64,000 bases of DNA from Vicugna vicugna (lineage: Eukaryota). Under the pieces are notes generated by a model that did no database searches, was not told where the DNA came from, and worked only from the letters and a program-made list of their open reading frames with translations. Position 1 is the first letter of the stretch, and each line of letters starts with the position of its first letter. Of this stretch, positions 14,335-27,450 are shown one piece after another. Where the stretch lies: positions 1,116,001 to 1,180,000 of the forward strand of contig MU057865.1 in the NCBI GenBank assembly GCA_013265495.1, given 5' to 3'. Position numbers and translations under genes: made by a program.

Positions 14335-15437
14335 TTTTTGGAACTTTGCCTAGATGGTAGAGTAGGAAGACTCTGAACACACCTCTTCTCATGGGCACAT
14401 CAAAAGTATAGCTATTTCCAGAGCAACAATTGATGAGAAAGACCAGAATGTACCAGAAAACTACAACGAAAGACATAAAGTAGAAACCACAGCAAGATGG
14501 TAGGAGGGACAGAGTCATATGGTGAAGACCCACACCTGTGGGTGGGCAACTCACAAATGACAGAGTCACTAACTCTGCAACTGCAGAGTTTCTCCTCAAG
14601 GAACGAGGGGTCTCAGCCCCACATCAGGGTCCTCAGCCCAGAGTTCCTGCACCAGGAAGACGAGCCCCCAGAATGGTTGGTTTTGAAGGTCAGAAAGACT
14701 TACTTTCTGGAGACCCAGAGGACTGCGGGAAATGGAGACTCCATACTTAAAGGGAGCACACAAGAGCTCACGTACTCCAGGACCCAGGGCAGTAGCAGTC
14801 ATTGGAAAGGAGCCTGGGTCAGACCTACCTGCTGATCTTGGAGAGCCTCCTGGTGAGGCAGGAGACAAGTGGTGCTCACCCTGGGACACAGGCACTGGTG
14901 GCAGCCATTCTTGGCAACTGTTTCTACCACATGGACGCTGATGCTATCAAGCACCAGCCTCAGGACTCAGCCTTATCCCCATCCACCAACCTATAGGCAC
15001 CAGTACTGGGATGCCTCAGGCCAAGTAACTCACTGCACGGGGGGCAAACCCGTATATCAGCAGGCAAACTGCCTTAAGTCCTCCTGAGCCCACAGCTGCC
15101 CCTGAGCATGGCCTTGTCCACCAGAAGGGCCGGGACCCAGCCCCAACCCCACACACCATTGCACAGAGACTAGAACCAGGAACCTGAGGGCCTAGCAGCC
15201 AGAAACTGGGACCCAGCTCTGCTTACCAGGGGCAGGCATGAGCAACAGGGCATACTGGGCTCCAGCAGTGCCCACGCTGGCCCTAAATAACCCATTGACC
15301 AAAATAGGCTTCATAAGTACACACAGAACATTCCAGCCCAAAGTAGCAGCCTACACTTTTGTTTCAAGTGCATGTGAAATAGTATCCAGAGTACACAGCG
15401 TGGTAAGTCACAAAACAAGTCGTAACAAATTTAAAAA
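14335..15437 (+). mobile_element. L1 5' UTR joined directly to an ORF2 endonuclease fragment
   Basis: Starts 'tagatggtagagtaggaagactctgaacacacctc' (L1 5' end with degenerate YY1 site), GC-rich UTR, then 15276-15437 'agaacattccagcccaaagtagcagcctacac...cacaaaacaagtc' resembling ORF2 EN. Confidence 0.7.
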
Positions 15438-15729
15438 ATCATAGCCCCCGTCTAATCAAGAGAAACCACCAGAAAAGCCAGACTGAAGGACCTTCTATCA
15501 AATACCTGCCGAATACTCTTCAAAAGTGTCCAGTTCATGACAATGAAAAATTGTCACTGATTTAAGGAAACTAAAGGAATTTGACAATTAAATGCTATAT
15601 GGTATTCTGAATTGGACCCTGCAACAACAAAAAAAAGGGTATTAGTGGAAAAAAGTGATGAAATCACATAAAGCTGCAAGCTGTTGTCTGGCATAGATTC
15701 TCCTCTTGTTCCTAGTAACACCATTTTCC

Positions 15730-16165
15730 ATTTTTATCCATTTAAAATGCACTGTTAACCAGGTGAGGATTACATTTCCCAGTCTCTTTGCAGCTTTATC
15801 TGACCACACGCGACTGTGTGGTTCAACAAGATGGGGGTAGAGGTGATGTATATGACTTTGAGGAGCTTCCTCAAGGTGAAGAGGCATTCCCTTCCAACCT
15901 CCCCCATTACACACACACACACACACACGCGCGCGCATGCACGCACGCATGATCTACTCTGTGGAACAGGACCCATCCTGGACCATCAAATTGGGAGCCA
16001 AAGCAAAGGGATGGCTGAGTGGAGAACAGGAATTCTCTGGGATTCCTTCTCCCAGCTCAGAGTCCCCAGACAGCTTTCTTTTTTAGATAATCTAACTGTC
16101 TTGCTTAAACCATTATTTTTCAGCTCCCTTATCCCCCTTGAATTCCCCTTGATACATGTTACTTT
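15730..16165 (+). mobile_element. Degraded MaLR LTR (MLT1-type)
   Basis: 'gactgtgtggttcaacaagatg...gaggtgatgtatatgact', 'ccatcctggaccat', 'tcttgcttaaaccattatt' are typical MLT1 motifs. Confidence 0.5.
15909..15951. repeat. (CA)n(CG)n alternating purine-pyrimidine microsatellite
   Basis: acacacacacacacacacacgcgcgcgcatgcacgcacgcatg. Confidence 0.95.
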
Positions 16166-17574
16166 ATAATTGTTTCACATTTTACTTTATTTTTCCTCCT
16201 GCAATACTGTAATCTCAAGTGACTACTGTACCCCCTCCGAGGGGGGCGACACTCAGCACCCATTCCACGGCAAAAATCTAGAACTCATTAGATGGATTAA
16301 TCATTATTCTATGCCCCGAAATTCCTAAGAACGAGCCTCTAAACTGTGGCAGTTGTGAAACAGCCCCTCTGAGCAAGCTTTGTAGATCCTTTAAGGTTTA
16401 CATCTATCTGTGAAGTTTCACCGCACTGCTCTTCAGTGCAGCTCTGACTGTCCTGTTTCTCAAGGTGTTTCAAATCCACACAGCAAATATTTGACTCTAT
16501 AATGAGCTCACTGTTAAGAACTGAAATGGCTATTTGTGTCTCTGTTCATATATTGATACAGGAGCATTTATTGATTTGGGTGCTCTGCTTATCACTGTGA
16601 CATTAATCCTTATTAACGCTAATGCAGCTTACCCTAAGTCTAATTAAGATTTACCAGCATAAAAATGAGATTGGGACAATTCTTATTTTTTGCTTAAACT
16701 AGCTTGTCCATTCCCATTTGTCAGCCTTTCCCTTGTTCATTTGTTGAGAATGCTGCTTTTCATTAACTCTGCAAAGTAATATGTCGTTTTGATAGAATGG
16801 TGCCTGAGAAAATCAGATGATATTTTAAAAATTCATTTACGAAAATAGAGAAAAATGAGCAGATGATGAAAATCAAAGAGTATTATTAATGTTATTAATA
16901 ACAATAACTACCTTTGAGGATATTTCTTCATATCTGGGAATTACATTAGCTCTAAATCTAACCGCTGCGATGCCAAATGGAGAGAACCGTTAACTTTTAC
17001 ATATTGGGGGTGGGGTCGGGGGAGACTTCACTGTGATGGTCACTTAGTTACATGATGTGATTTTGGAAATAGAAATAGATTTAAGCCCATGTTTGCATTC
17101 AGTCAAAACACCAGATAGGGGTTCCTTCCTATTTAGCAGTAGTGATGGAGTCTTGGAATAAATATTTCCTTTTATTTAAACTTCCAAATGTATAAGCTAA
17201 GCTATGAAATGTTACAGCACAAATAAAAGGACTTGTGAGAACTATGAACTCTCTTCTTTGCTTCTCAGTAAGATTCCATTTAAACCAGTTCTTCTCATAT
17301 AAGACGTGCATGGAGAATTCCATAGAGAAGATTGAGCTGTCCCCAAACTAAATTATGCCTTCTGAACATTAGGAAACTAGCATCATTTAATTAATCATCA
17401 ACAATAATGAAAAGATTGTTTCCCATAAAGGTGCTAAAAGATGTTGAATTCTCAAACAATGTTTTTTTTTAATCTCAGGAGATGTTCAGTTGCATTTCTG
17501 AAGAAATACACAGAATACTTGTGAAAATGTCTGAAATAACCACCCAATTTTCTTCTTTTTAATCAATGTACTCT

Positions 17575-18880
17575 TTTAAAATGTTTACACCAATCTGAGT
17601 GGGTTTCCCCTCTATTTTTAAATTAATTTTATGTACTTTTTTAATAGTCAATACATGAACACAAAAAATGAAAAAGGTATACAGTATAACAAAAATTAAG
17701 TTTTCCTCCCATCCTTTCCCCATGTCGTCTAGTCCCACATCCAGGAGGAAGCACTGTTACCAGTTTCACATGTGTATGATCATAGACAATTTGTGCACAT
17801 AAAGACAGGTATACATAAACACATATGTTATACAAGTGATAGCAAGTTATGTATACTATCTGAAACTGTATTATATTGAGCAATAAATCTTGTAGATCTT
17901 TCTATAAAATTATATGGAGAGATGCTTTATTCTTAACAAGTACATAGAATTCCATTATATGCGTATAACATTTAAAGGGATTCTAATCTCTTGCTATGAT
18001 CAACAATGTGCAAAAGAAATTGTTATGCATGTGTGACAATACCTGTAAACTACATGAATAGAATTGCATTTGCTAAATCAAACTGTATGTTTTCCTTTTT
18101 TAAGATTTGGTTAAATGTTGTCAAATTGCACTCCATAGACAACACATCAGTTTATACTCTATCAGCAATGTATAAGAATCACCATTGGTAATCTTCACAA
18201 TACTTTAAGGAATATAGCATTTTGCGTTTCTTTTGTTTGTTTGTTTGTTTTGCAATAGAGTGGATTATAAAAAAGTATCTCATTGTTTTAATGTGAATTT
18301 GAACTATTTTGCTTGCCCACTTTTGTTACTGGTTTATTGGTCTCTTATTTATTTTTAAGAAATTACTTCATATACTACAAGTCATTCATCCGTTAAGAAA
18401 GAAAGTAATCTTTTTTGTTTTGCAATGAGTTGCAAATGTGTTTATATAGATTTAAATTTTTTGTTGTTTTATATATGGTTTATTCACAAAATTTAAGTTT
18501 TTATGTAACTAAATTCTATCAATAACTTCTTTATGGCTTCTTATCCATAAAGCACATCAAAAGTTCTTCCATATCCAAGACCATATTCAAAACACAATTA
18601 TATTTTTCTAAGTACATTTATGTTTTTTCTTACATTTGAATTTTGACTCATTGGGCCTTTAGTTTGGTGTTAACTTAGAATAGATTTTGAGCTTCCTTTA
18701 TTTTCAGATGACTGTTTAGCTGTCTCCAAACCATATATTGAATAGTCATTTATTTTAGTAATTTGAAATTCTATCTTTACCATATACAAAATGCTGACAT
18801 AAAAGCTAGTACTTAAGAACACATACACTAAGCCAGGTCTACCCTCAGCACTTTTCATATAATTTTATTCTCAAAATCAT
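17575..18880 (-). mobile_element. Old L1ME-like 3' region, antisense
   Basis: T-rich strand with L1 antisense motifs ('attccattatatgcgtataaca', 'gtatctcattgttttaat'). Confidence 0.65.
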
Positions 18881-18904
18881 TCTGTTCTCAGTTTCTGGGT
18901 AAAT

Positions 18905-19280
18905 CATGATGTGTTAGAGCTGGCTAGCATTGGCTTTTTCTAAGATGTGTTAAGCCAGCTCTTAAACATGGCCATTACTAAAAATTAAATTATATCAACA
19001 TAAAATTAAGCCAGTATAAAAAATAATAAATATTAAACACTCATTTTCTTCTAATAATTGTGCTGTTATTTATGCTCCTAAGTTTATGCACATCTACAGA
19101 TATGATAAAAATATTATAGAATGATGTACTATTACACATCTTTTTCTGGTTTTATGTTCGGTAACATCATGATTTTAGCTTAGAATTCACCATAGTGGGA
19201 GTGTTCATATCATATAAATTGGAAAAGGATAAAAATCAAGGCTTTTCTCTCTGTCAACTTGTTAAACTTTCACCAGCCCA
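18905..19280 (+). mobile_element. MER63B-like hAT-Blackjack element
   Basis: 'gtgttagagctggctagcattggct...ccattactaaaaattaaattatat...catagtgggagtgttcat...aaaatcaaggctt...caccagcccac'. Confidence 0.7.
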
Positions 19281-20044
19281 CAATTATAATTATGCACACA
19301 GTCATGGTAATGTCCTTCTGTGCATGTCATATAAGTTATGCATGTGTATTATGTGCATGTACTTTCTGTGTATTTGAATGTGTATTTATGATTATCTGTA
19401 CATTGCCAACTATTTTAATACCTTGTTTTGTTGTCTATTCTGCTAATTCCAACCAATTTTAACAATCATGGTTTTTAAGATGTTACCATATTGCATGAGA
19501 GAGTCACAAAACAATTTTCTCTACCTTCAGATTTTTTCCTGGCTGTTAATGCTTTAAAATATTCTGCATTGTTTTTCTTCTATTTCAGTCTAGTTTTCCT
19601 GATGATTTCCTGATGATTGCTGTGCTTTATTTTAAAGTTGGGATTAAGTTAAATTTATACATTATTTAGGAAGATGGACATATTTAGGCAGTTGAGAATA
19701 TTTATCAGAAACACAGTATCTGATTTCGTTTGCTGGTATCTTCTTTTGCTTTACTCAGAAGCTTTTCTCAGTCTTTGCTCCTCTTCTGGACTCTTTTTAA
19801 AATCATGTTGGTGTCATTTGTTCCTTAAACATTTGGTTACATTCTTCTTTTGAACCTTAAGCCCATTTTTCTTGTTTGTTTTGTTTTGTTCTCAAGCATA
19901 GGAGTTGGTAATGGGGGTAGTAAATCACCTGGCTATTTTTTCTTTTACCTCTATAGCAATCGGTCTGTTTAGAATTTATTTTCTGGGCTCAGCTTTAATA
20001 ATTTTATATTTGCCCACCAGTTTGAGCAAAACAGTTTATCGAGC

Positions 20045-20432
20045 AGCCCGTGAGTCGCTCTGCCTGTATCCCTCAGGACTTCTCCAGTCAGCATCTGCAT
20101 TTCTTTGCATGAAGCTTTGTCTAAGCTGTGGAAGGCAGCCTGGAAATGCCTAGGACTTAATTCACAGCTGCTGGGAACAACATTCAAACAATGACTGACG
20201 GAAGTTGGTGTGCCTGTGTTTCTGATTCCTCACCCCATGTGAGGTAAAGCTGAGGCTGGTACTTTCAACTCTCTCCCAGATTAAGCTCCAGTTACCTCCC
20301 CCAGGTGATAACTTCCCTGATGACAGTCCTTATGGACTGTTTTCCCATTGCTTTTTCTGTTTCCCACAAAATAAACTGCTTAACAGGAGCATCCTTGTCT
20401 GAGGATCTGCCCCTGGGCAAACCCAGCTAACA
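20045..20432 (+). mobile_element. LTR16-like ERVL solo LTR
   Basis: 'aacaatgactgacggaagttggtg', 'attaagctccagtt', 'aaataaactgctt...ccttgtctgaggatctgc...aacccagctaa'. Confidence 0.7.
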
Positions 20433-20547
20433 CGGATTAATTTTCTTATCTTTTTATCTATGTCTCTGAGTATTTCCCTAAATTTATTTCTATTTTGGTA
20501 ATGCATGTGCATTCTCTAATTTTTACTGTTTCATCAAAACGTCTATC

Positions 20548-20737
20548 TTAAAGGTTCTCAACTAGGGAAACTCCCCCAGAAAGCACTGAAAAGGGGTTCT
20601 TGATTGTCCCAGTAACTGATGGGGTGATATTTACCTCCCAAGGCCAGCAACACTAACTGCTCTTTACTTAGCATCACACAGCCTCATAAAACAAGTGACT
20701 TCCTGCTCCAAACACCAAGAGCAACCCTGTTGAAAGG
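20548..20737 (+). mobile_element. MER20-like hAT-Charlie MITE (degraded)
   Basis: 'aggttctcaact...gattgtcccagtaactgatggg...ccaaacaccaagagcaaccctgttgaaa'. Confidence 0.5.
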
Positions 20738-21082
20738 TCTACTATATTTTTAGGTCTTCCAAAGAACCAAAATGCTATTGATTTTTATTTTCCTAATTCA
20801 TCAATTTGTATTTTAATATAGGAGCATTTCTTTCTTCTGTTTACATATTATTTTTCTATTTGTAACTTATGTATGGTATCTGTAAGACTATTTACACTGT
20901 AAATGCTTAAATCAATGTTATTAAAATATTCACAGCTATGTATATTCATTAACTGTATCCTATAGAATCTGCTATGTAAATGTTGATTATTCTTATTTTT
21001 TAGCTATTAAGGTATTCATTTTTGATTTCCTGAGTACCTCAACCATTTTTAAGATATTTTAAACAGCATTGTGATATGATAT

Positions 21083-21436
21083 TGTTACCAGGAAAAGGGA
21101 AATAAGAATTACCTCGGTTCTTAGTCACCCCCAAAAAAAGAATTTTTGACAAGAGACAGAAAGCGTGATATAAGCAAGATTTTTATTAGTGAAGTAAAAA
21201 AAAAAATAGTAAAAGATAGACTCCTGAGAATTGAGAGCAGGCCAGTCCAAGAGAGGAAAAAATGGTGCCCCTGTCTCCTTCCTCCTGTTTTCATATCCTG
21301 GTTTCGTAATTGGTTAATAACTGATCGATTCCCTGCGCTCTGGTTAATTGGCACCTCAGATTCTGTGTGTTCTGGCTTGTTCCTTTCCCTTCCTCTCTCC
21401 CTGCCCAGTGCTCAGTTCTGTCTAAACCACCAAACA
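21083..21436 (-). mobile_element. Solo ERV1-class LTR
   Basis: TGTTAC...AAACA termini; 4-bp TSD atat/gtat (1 mismatch); antisense polyA signal 'tttatt' near 21182. Confidence 0.75.
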
Positions 21437-21439
21437 GTA

Positions 21440-23543
21440 TAGTTGTTGTTTCATTGCTTTTATTGTTGTTAACTTCTAGCTTTATTGAGTTATGATCCTA
21501 CCATAAGCCTTGTATTATTTCTATTTTTGAAAACTCTCGAAGCTTTCTTTGTGGTTTAATGTGAGTCAATTCCACTGTTATGTTGATACTTGTATTTTCT
21601 GATTTTAAAGAAATACTGCTTAAGGTAATTAATTATGCTGACCATATTAATATGTTATTTTGATCTTATATACTATTATTTTAATCTTATTTTCATTCCT
21701 TCCTATCTGTTGTGAAATGAGAGAGGTAAACTAGAGCCATCCAATGTGTTTTGTCTTCCTCTCCATATTGCTTTACGAATTGTGATAAATAGGCTCTTAG
21801 TTGTGTGCGTAATCATAACTGATTAATTTTATTCGTGTACTATACTCTTTGTCATTGTAAAACACACTTCATCTCTTATTTTTAACTTAAATTCTCTATT
21901 TAGTGATAGAATTACTTTGTTCACTGTTCTCTTTTGCACCCATTTGCAAGTAGCGCTTTTGTCCACTCTTTTATTTTTTAACATTTCTAAAGGGCTATGG
22001 TTTGCAGAGTCTTGCATTTGGGATTAATGTGAAATAGGCGCTCTGATCAGTTCTGAAAGTCTTTTTCTTTTCCTAGTTAAGCTAAGAACATTTACATTTA
22101 TTGACATGGTACATCTGTTTAATCATAATTCTGTCTTTGTGCTTATTTGCCAACGTACACTCTCTCTATATTACGTTGTCTGTGACCTCTCTACATAGCT
22201 GAGTGTGTTTGTGCTTATTCTGATACATTTGAATGTTTGAATTTGATCCTTTATTCCTATTTCTCTTCCATTACTCAATTTCTTATTCTTTTCTTTTTAT
22301 CTTCAAATATATTGTTTTCAATTTTTATGTCAATTTTCTGTAGCTTGACCCTCATGTTCCATATACTACCTTGTTATTTATTTTACCTTCCATTCCTATG
22401 ATTCTTTTTTCAACTTCTATATTATAGATATTAAAAGTATACACTATATTTTGCAACCATCATGCCCACATTGTTTCAGTCTTAATTTTACACTAGTTAG
22501 AGTTCAGTAGTCAGCATCCTTTCTTTTGCCATTGTTTCTATTATTTCCTGGCTAATTCAAGTTTAATCTTTGGCAGTTTCTTCAGGAAGGGTTTCTGGTA
22601 ACTGTATTGTCTGAATTCTTGAATTTATGAATATGTTTGTTCTTTGCCTTTGCACGTGAGCTTTGGTTATGTACAAAACATTGGATTATTATTGCTTTTC
22701 GTGAAGAGTTTGTAGACTTGATTCCCTTGCAGGGAGGATGAATAGCGTTGTCTGGTAGCAGCCTTTGTCTTTTTCTTTATCTTCTTTCTGTCAGGACATT
22801 CCAATAACTTTTCTTTACCCCTGAAATCCAGATTTTTGTGAAGATGTGACTTATTAGTTAGTTACCCTGACAATTATTCCTGGGGTAAATTGTGCCTTTT
22901 TAATTTGTTAATTCAAGTGTTTTTGTTTGTTTTGTTTCATTTTTAATTTCTTGGAAAAGGCTATTCAGCTTCATTTAAAAATAGTTAATTTCATTTATTT
23001 TTACTTTGAAAAATGCGAAAGTGACAAAAAGTTCAAAAGAACAGTTCAGCTAACAAGCATCCATATTTTAGTTGTGCTCCTTAACTGTTAAAATTTTTCC
23101 TCTGAGTGATCTCCCTCTTTCTTTTTGCTGAACCGTTTAAAAGTAAATCACAAGATCACTCATCCTGAAATACTTTATTATATTATTCCTAAGTACAAGT
23201 ATAATTTTCTATATAACCACACTAACATTATTATACTCAAGACATTTAATATTGTTCTCACATTCTAATATGTTTCCAGAGTCATATTTCATTAATTGTT
23301 CACATAAATGTATTTTGTATCTATATAGTTCTCTTTGTTTGAAATCCAGTCAAGATCCATGTATTTGTATTTGGTTGTCAAGTTTCTTTAACCTCAACTC
23401 ACTTTTGTTTTCCCATGTGATTACTATCTTTTGAAGAATTCTGACCAGCTGTCTGGTAAAATGTCCTACATTCTTAACTTGTTTGAAACGATTGTTTTTT
23501 CTTTTTAATTTCTGCTATTCCAATAGGTGAAATATGGGTTGTA

Positions 23544-23574
<31 letters not shown>

Positions 23575-24730
23575 GCCTTATTTTGAGTGAAGTATTTTAA
23601 TGAATCTGAGGGTAATTTACGTTTCATTTTCTGCAGAATGTGTGTGGCTGCCATTCTGTAGGGCTTGTGATTTTATGCTTCATCTGTTTATACAGTATGG
23701 ATAGTATCCCTTTGCCCATTATATAAGTTGTACATTTCTCTCAGTTTGTCACTTATCTTTTGACTTTACTCATCTTATTTCCATGTAAACTATTTTTACT
23801 GATTTGTATAATTAAGTTCATGATTTCTGAAAATTGAATCTGGATTTTTAATTAGAAGACCCTTCCCCACACCCTAGTTGTGAACGATACCTCTAGATAC
23901 CAGAATATCATCTAGTATTTATAAAATTTATTTTTAACATTAATTATACATCCATGTGAGGTTTATTCTTGTGTATGGTGTGAACTGTGGATCTTATTTT
24001 ATTGCTTCTTAATGGCTATAGAATTGTCCAATACTATTATCTAAAAACATGTTTCTCCCAGTTATTTGAAAGCCTGGTTTAGCTCTATGCCAAATACTTA
24101 CATGTATTTGAACCTATTTCTGGATTCTTGATTGTAATCCATTGGTCTGTCAATTCATGTTCCAGAAACACCTTGGTTGAATTATATGGAATTTTTAATA
24201 TGTTTTAACATTTCACAAGACTGGCCCTTATCCATTGCTCTTCTTTTTCAGGGTTTTCCCAAGTATTCTTTAAGGGTTATGGTTTGATATAAGCTTTAGA
24301 ATCTATCTGTCCAGCTCCAAACACCAACAACAATGATTTGCTAGTTTTATTAAATTTGTGTTAAATTTAGATATTAGCTTTGGGAGAATCAAAATCTATT
24401 CAGAGAAAAAGCATGTCTTTCTACCAGTCATGTTCATATTTCCATCTTTCTGCAGTGTTTTGAAGTTTTCTTTATATAGGTTTTACTTCATTTTTTTAAA
24501 ATTTTTATTGTTCCTAAGTGTTTCATTCACTGTTGTTAGTGTAAATTGCCTTTTCTCTTCCATCATATTTTTAAGTGAATTCTTGTTCTTACATGTAAAC
24601 GTTATTGATTTTTGTTGGGTAATTCTGTATCTTGCTGTCTCACTTAATTCACTTATCATTTGCATATTTTATCATGTATTTTCTTAGATTTTCTAGATAT
24701 ACTATTATAGTATCTGTAAATAGAGCTAGT
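21440..24730 (-). mobile_element. Old L1M fragments, antisense (several pieces)
   Basis: Very T-rich; antisense ORF2/3' UTR motifs such as 'tattcttgtgtatggtgtga', 'ctatttctggattcttgattgtaatccattggtct', 'ttcttagattttctagatatac'. Confidence 0.6.
23546..23574. repeat. (TA)n microsatellite
   Basis: Direct reading. Confidence 0.95.
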
Positions 24731-24736
24731 TCTACT

Positions 24737-24974
24737 CAGTGGTGTGCTGGTAAACCTTTATCAATTGACTGTCAGGAAAATTGGAAAAAAAATAAAAGGA
24801 AAACAGAATCTTGATTTGTAGGATTTGCCAAAATTCCATGATGCGTTTCCCACCATGGTTAATTTCATGCTACCCACGTGTTTAACAACCATCTCAGACA
24901 ATTTCTGAAAAGTTCGACTTTGGGTCTAGCCAACCAGTATTACTAGGTGTGGGCAGGCTCTCCCACGCCAATTG
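24737..24974 (-). mobile_element. MER63A-like MITE
   Basis: 'cagtggtgtgctggtaaa' terminus; 'gatttgtaggatttgcc'; degenerate 8-bp TSD gttctact / gttatatt. Confidence 0.75.
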
Positions 24975-26139
24975 GTTATATTTCTGCCTTCCTAATTTAT
25001 TAGTTTATAATTGCTTTATTTTATTCGTATCTTTGAGTAATCCATCTAGAAAAAATTTTAAATAATAGTGGGTGTTGAGAGCAGGTTGCCTGCTTTAGCA
25101 GGGATATTTCTAGTGGCCCCTATGCATAAAGCCTTCCTCTCCCAGAAGTAAGGATTTTCCACCTGTTGCCTTTTTCCAAACTGCAAAGACTACTGACCAG
25201 GGTCCTAAGCACAGCAGTGCCCTTTCCTCCACATACGGCAACTTCAGTTCAGTAGGAGGGACTGCAAAAGAGCCAAGTATGGTTCCTCACTCCTACAGCC
25301 TGATGGCTGTTCTCTTTCCCCAGGTCCGTGACACATAAATACATTCTAGGGCTCTTTCTGACCTTTTCTTTGAGGACCCAATGGGTCCCAGGAATTTTCA
25401 CATTGTCCCGCCCACGCACACTGTGGCTTCACAAAGTTTTCAAATCTGTTGGCTGAAATTGTCTTACTAGTGTTAGGTTACATCGATTCCAAATGAGGAA
25501 GACCTCTGGTCTCCTCAGTACCTTCAGGAAAGATCTCGCCTTTTGCTTTGGGTGCAAATGATTGTTTTTCAGTGGTTTTGGGAAAAGTCTTAATTTAAAC
25601 TTTGTCCGGTTCCCTTCTGCTGTAATGGGGGGAGTGATCTACATTCTGGGACTGAAGATAGAAACTCTACTGTGCTCTCTTTTACCATCTTCTCTATTGA
25701 ATAGCAAAAAAGAACAGATTAAAAAATCCTTAGAAATACTACTTATACGCACATATATAATACATATGTGTGTGTCGTGTATATATTCATGTGGTTTCAT
25801 CTTCCTGTGGTAGGAAGTATTGAGGATACAATACAACTCTATATGTGATCATGTGTGATTACCTATTTGCATGTATGTATGTGCAGTATTTATCTGTACA
25901 TAAATGCATAGACAATAATCTAAATTATACATGCGAAATTGACAACAGTAGTCAGATCTAGGAAAGAACAACGTAGTTTAAGTGCGGGAGAGACAGTCAA
26001 AGTGGACGTTATCTTTCTGATATAATATAACTGGTAAGTAAAAGACAAGAAAAGCATTATTTCCAGATATTGTTTCTAATTATGTTATCTACAGGGATGG
26101 TGCAGGTGATGATAAAAAGAAGATAATAAAGTTTTTTCT

Positions 26140-27130
26140 TTTTTTGCAGATATAGGGAAGCTGATCTTAAAATCTATACATAAAGTGAAGGAATCGGAGT
26201 AGTCCAAATAATAATAATAAAAAAAACCCAAAAAACAAAATAGGAGCACTCACATTACCTATTTTTATTTTATAAAGCTTCTATAATCAAGACAGTGCAG
26301 CACCGTGGAAACAAGACACATAAATCAATGAAACAGAGTACAGTCTAGAATTAACACCCACACAAATCTGGTCAATTGTTTTGTGACAAATGCAGAGGCA
26401 ATTTGATGGAGAAAGAAAGACTTTCCAAGTTATCACTTTGGGACAATCAGACATCTTAATGAAAAAAATAAAATAAAAGAACCTTAATCTGTAACTGAGA
26501 ATTCTGAAAAATAAGCTCAAAATAGGCCATGATAGACAATATGTGTAAATATAAAACTGAATTATAAGCAGACAAGAAAATCTAACCTTGGGTTAGATGA
26601 ACAATTCTTATATGACATAGAAAAAAATAGTCATAAAAAATACATTGCTGGTGGGAATGGAAAATGATGCATTCAATTTAGAAAAGACTTTGGCCATTTC
26701 TCACAATGTTTTACCTACATTTACCATTAGGCTCAGGACTCTACTCTTACTTATATATCCAAGTGAAATTAAAACTTATGTTCATATAAAAACTTATACA
26801 AAAAAATCATTGGATTGTATACATTGAGTGAGGGGATTTTATAGTACTTGAAACTCAATAAAATTGTTTACAAGAAAAAAAGAATGAGGCATTGATGTAA
26901 GTTACAACATGGGTGAATCCCAAAGGCATTTTGTTGACTAAAAGAATCCAGTATCAAAATGTTACAGTTGTGTGATGTTCTGGAAAAGACAAAACAAGGG
27001 TAGAGACCAGATCAGCAGCTGCCAGGGTGTAGGGTCTGATCATGCGTTAAATCTTATAGATTGTACGACCAAAGACAAAGATAGTCTTCTTTTATATAGC
27101 ATTTTTAGTAAAAAGGATAATGAATATTTG
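26140..27130 (+). mobile_element. Old L1M ORF2-end/3' UTR fragments
   Basis: 'ctataatcaagacagtg', 'cattgctggtgggaatggaaaatga', 'aacatgggtgaatcccaaaggcatt'. Confidence 0.7.
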
Positions 27131-27224
27131 ATTCAGAAAATTGACATGAATTTTATAAGACACCCCCTTCTCTTGACCTATACTTTTGTGTATACAAAAA
27201 CAGGTTAAATAATGTAAAATACTA

Positions 27225-27450
27225 AAATCTAAAACTCTGCTACTTGCTTACTGCTTGATTTTGGACATAATAGTTGGTCTCTTAAACCCGATCTGTAAAA
27301 TGGGTATATTAGGTCTAACTTTACGATGTTATCATGAGGGTTAAAAATATATGAGTGGATATGTATGTATGTGCATATAGTGTTGGTATGTTTTCTCTTT
27401 ATGTGACTTGAAATGCAGTGTGTAGGCACTCATTAATTTGCAGCTGCTAT
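27225..27450 (+). mobile_element. MIR SINE
   Basis: 'ctctgctacttgcttactg...atctgtaaaatgggtat...gtaggcactcattaa'. Confidence 0.65.

Larger units (their letters stand above)
9480..15690 (+). mobile_element. Old fragmented L1 (L1MC/L1MD-like): ORF1/ORF2 remnants and long 3' UTR, interrupted by later insertions
   Basis: A-rich + strand; decayed ORF2 peptides (11183-11485 'GFTEEFFQMFKEEIVPILNELFHKMEE', 10895-11140); typical L1M 3' UTR motifs 11900-14330 and 15440-15690. Confidence 0.8.

Noticed and set aside
16231..16250. ccccctccgaggggggcgac as a CTCF site or hairpin
   Set aside because: The 5' half does not fit the CTCF core; a 7-bp inverted repeat is expected by chance
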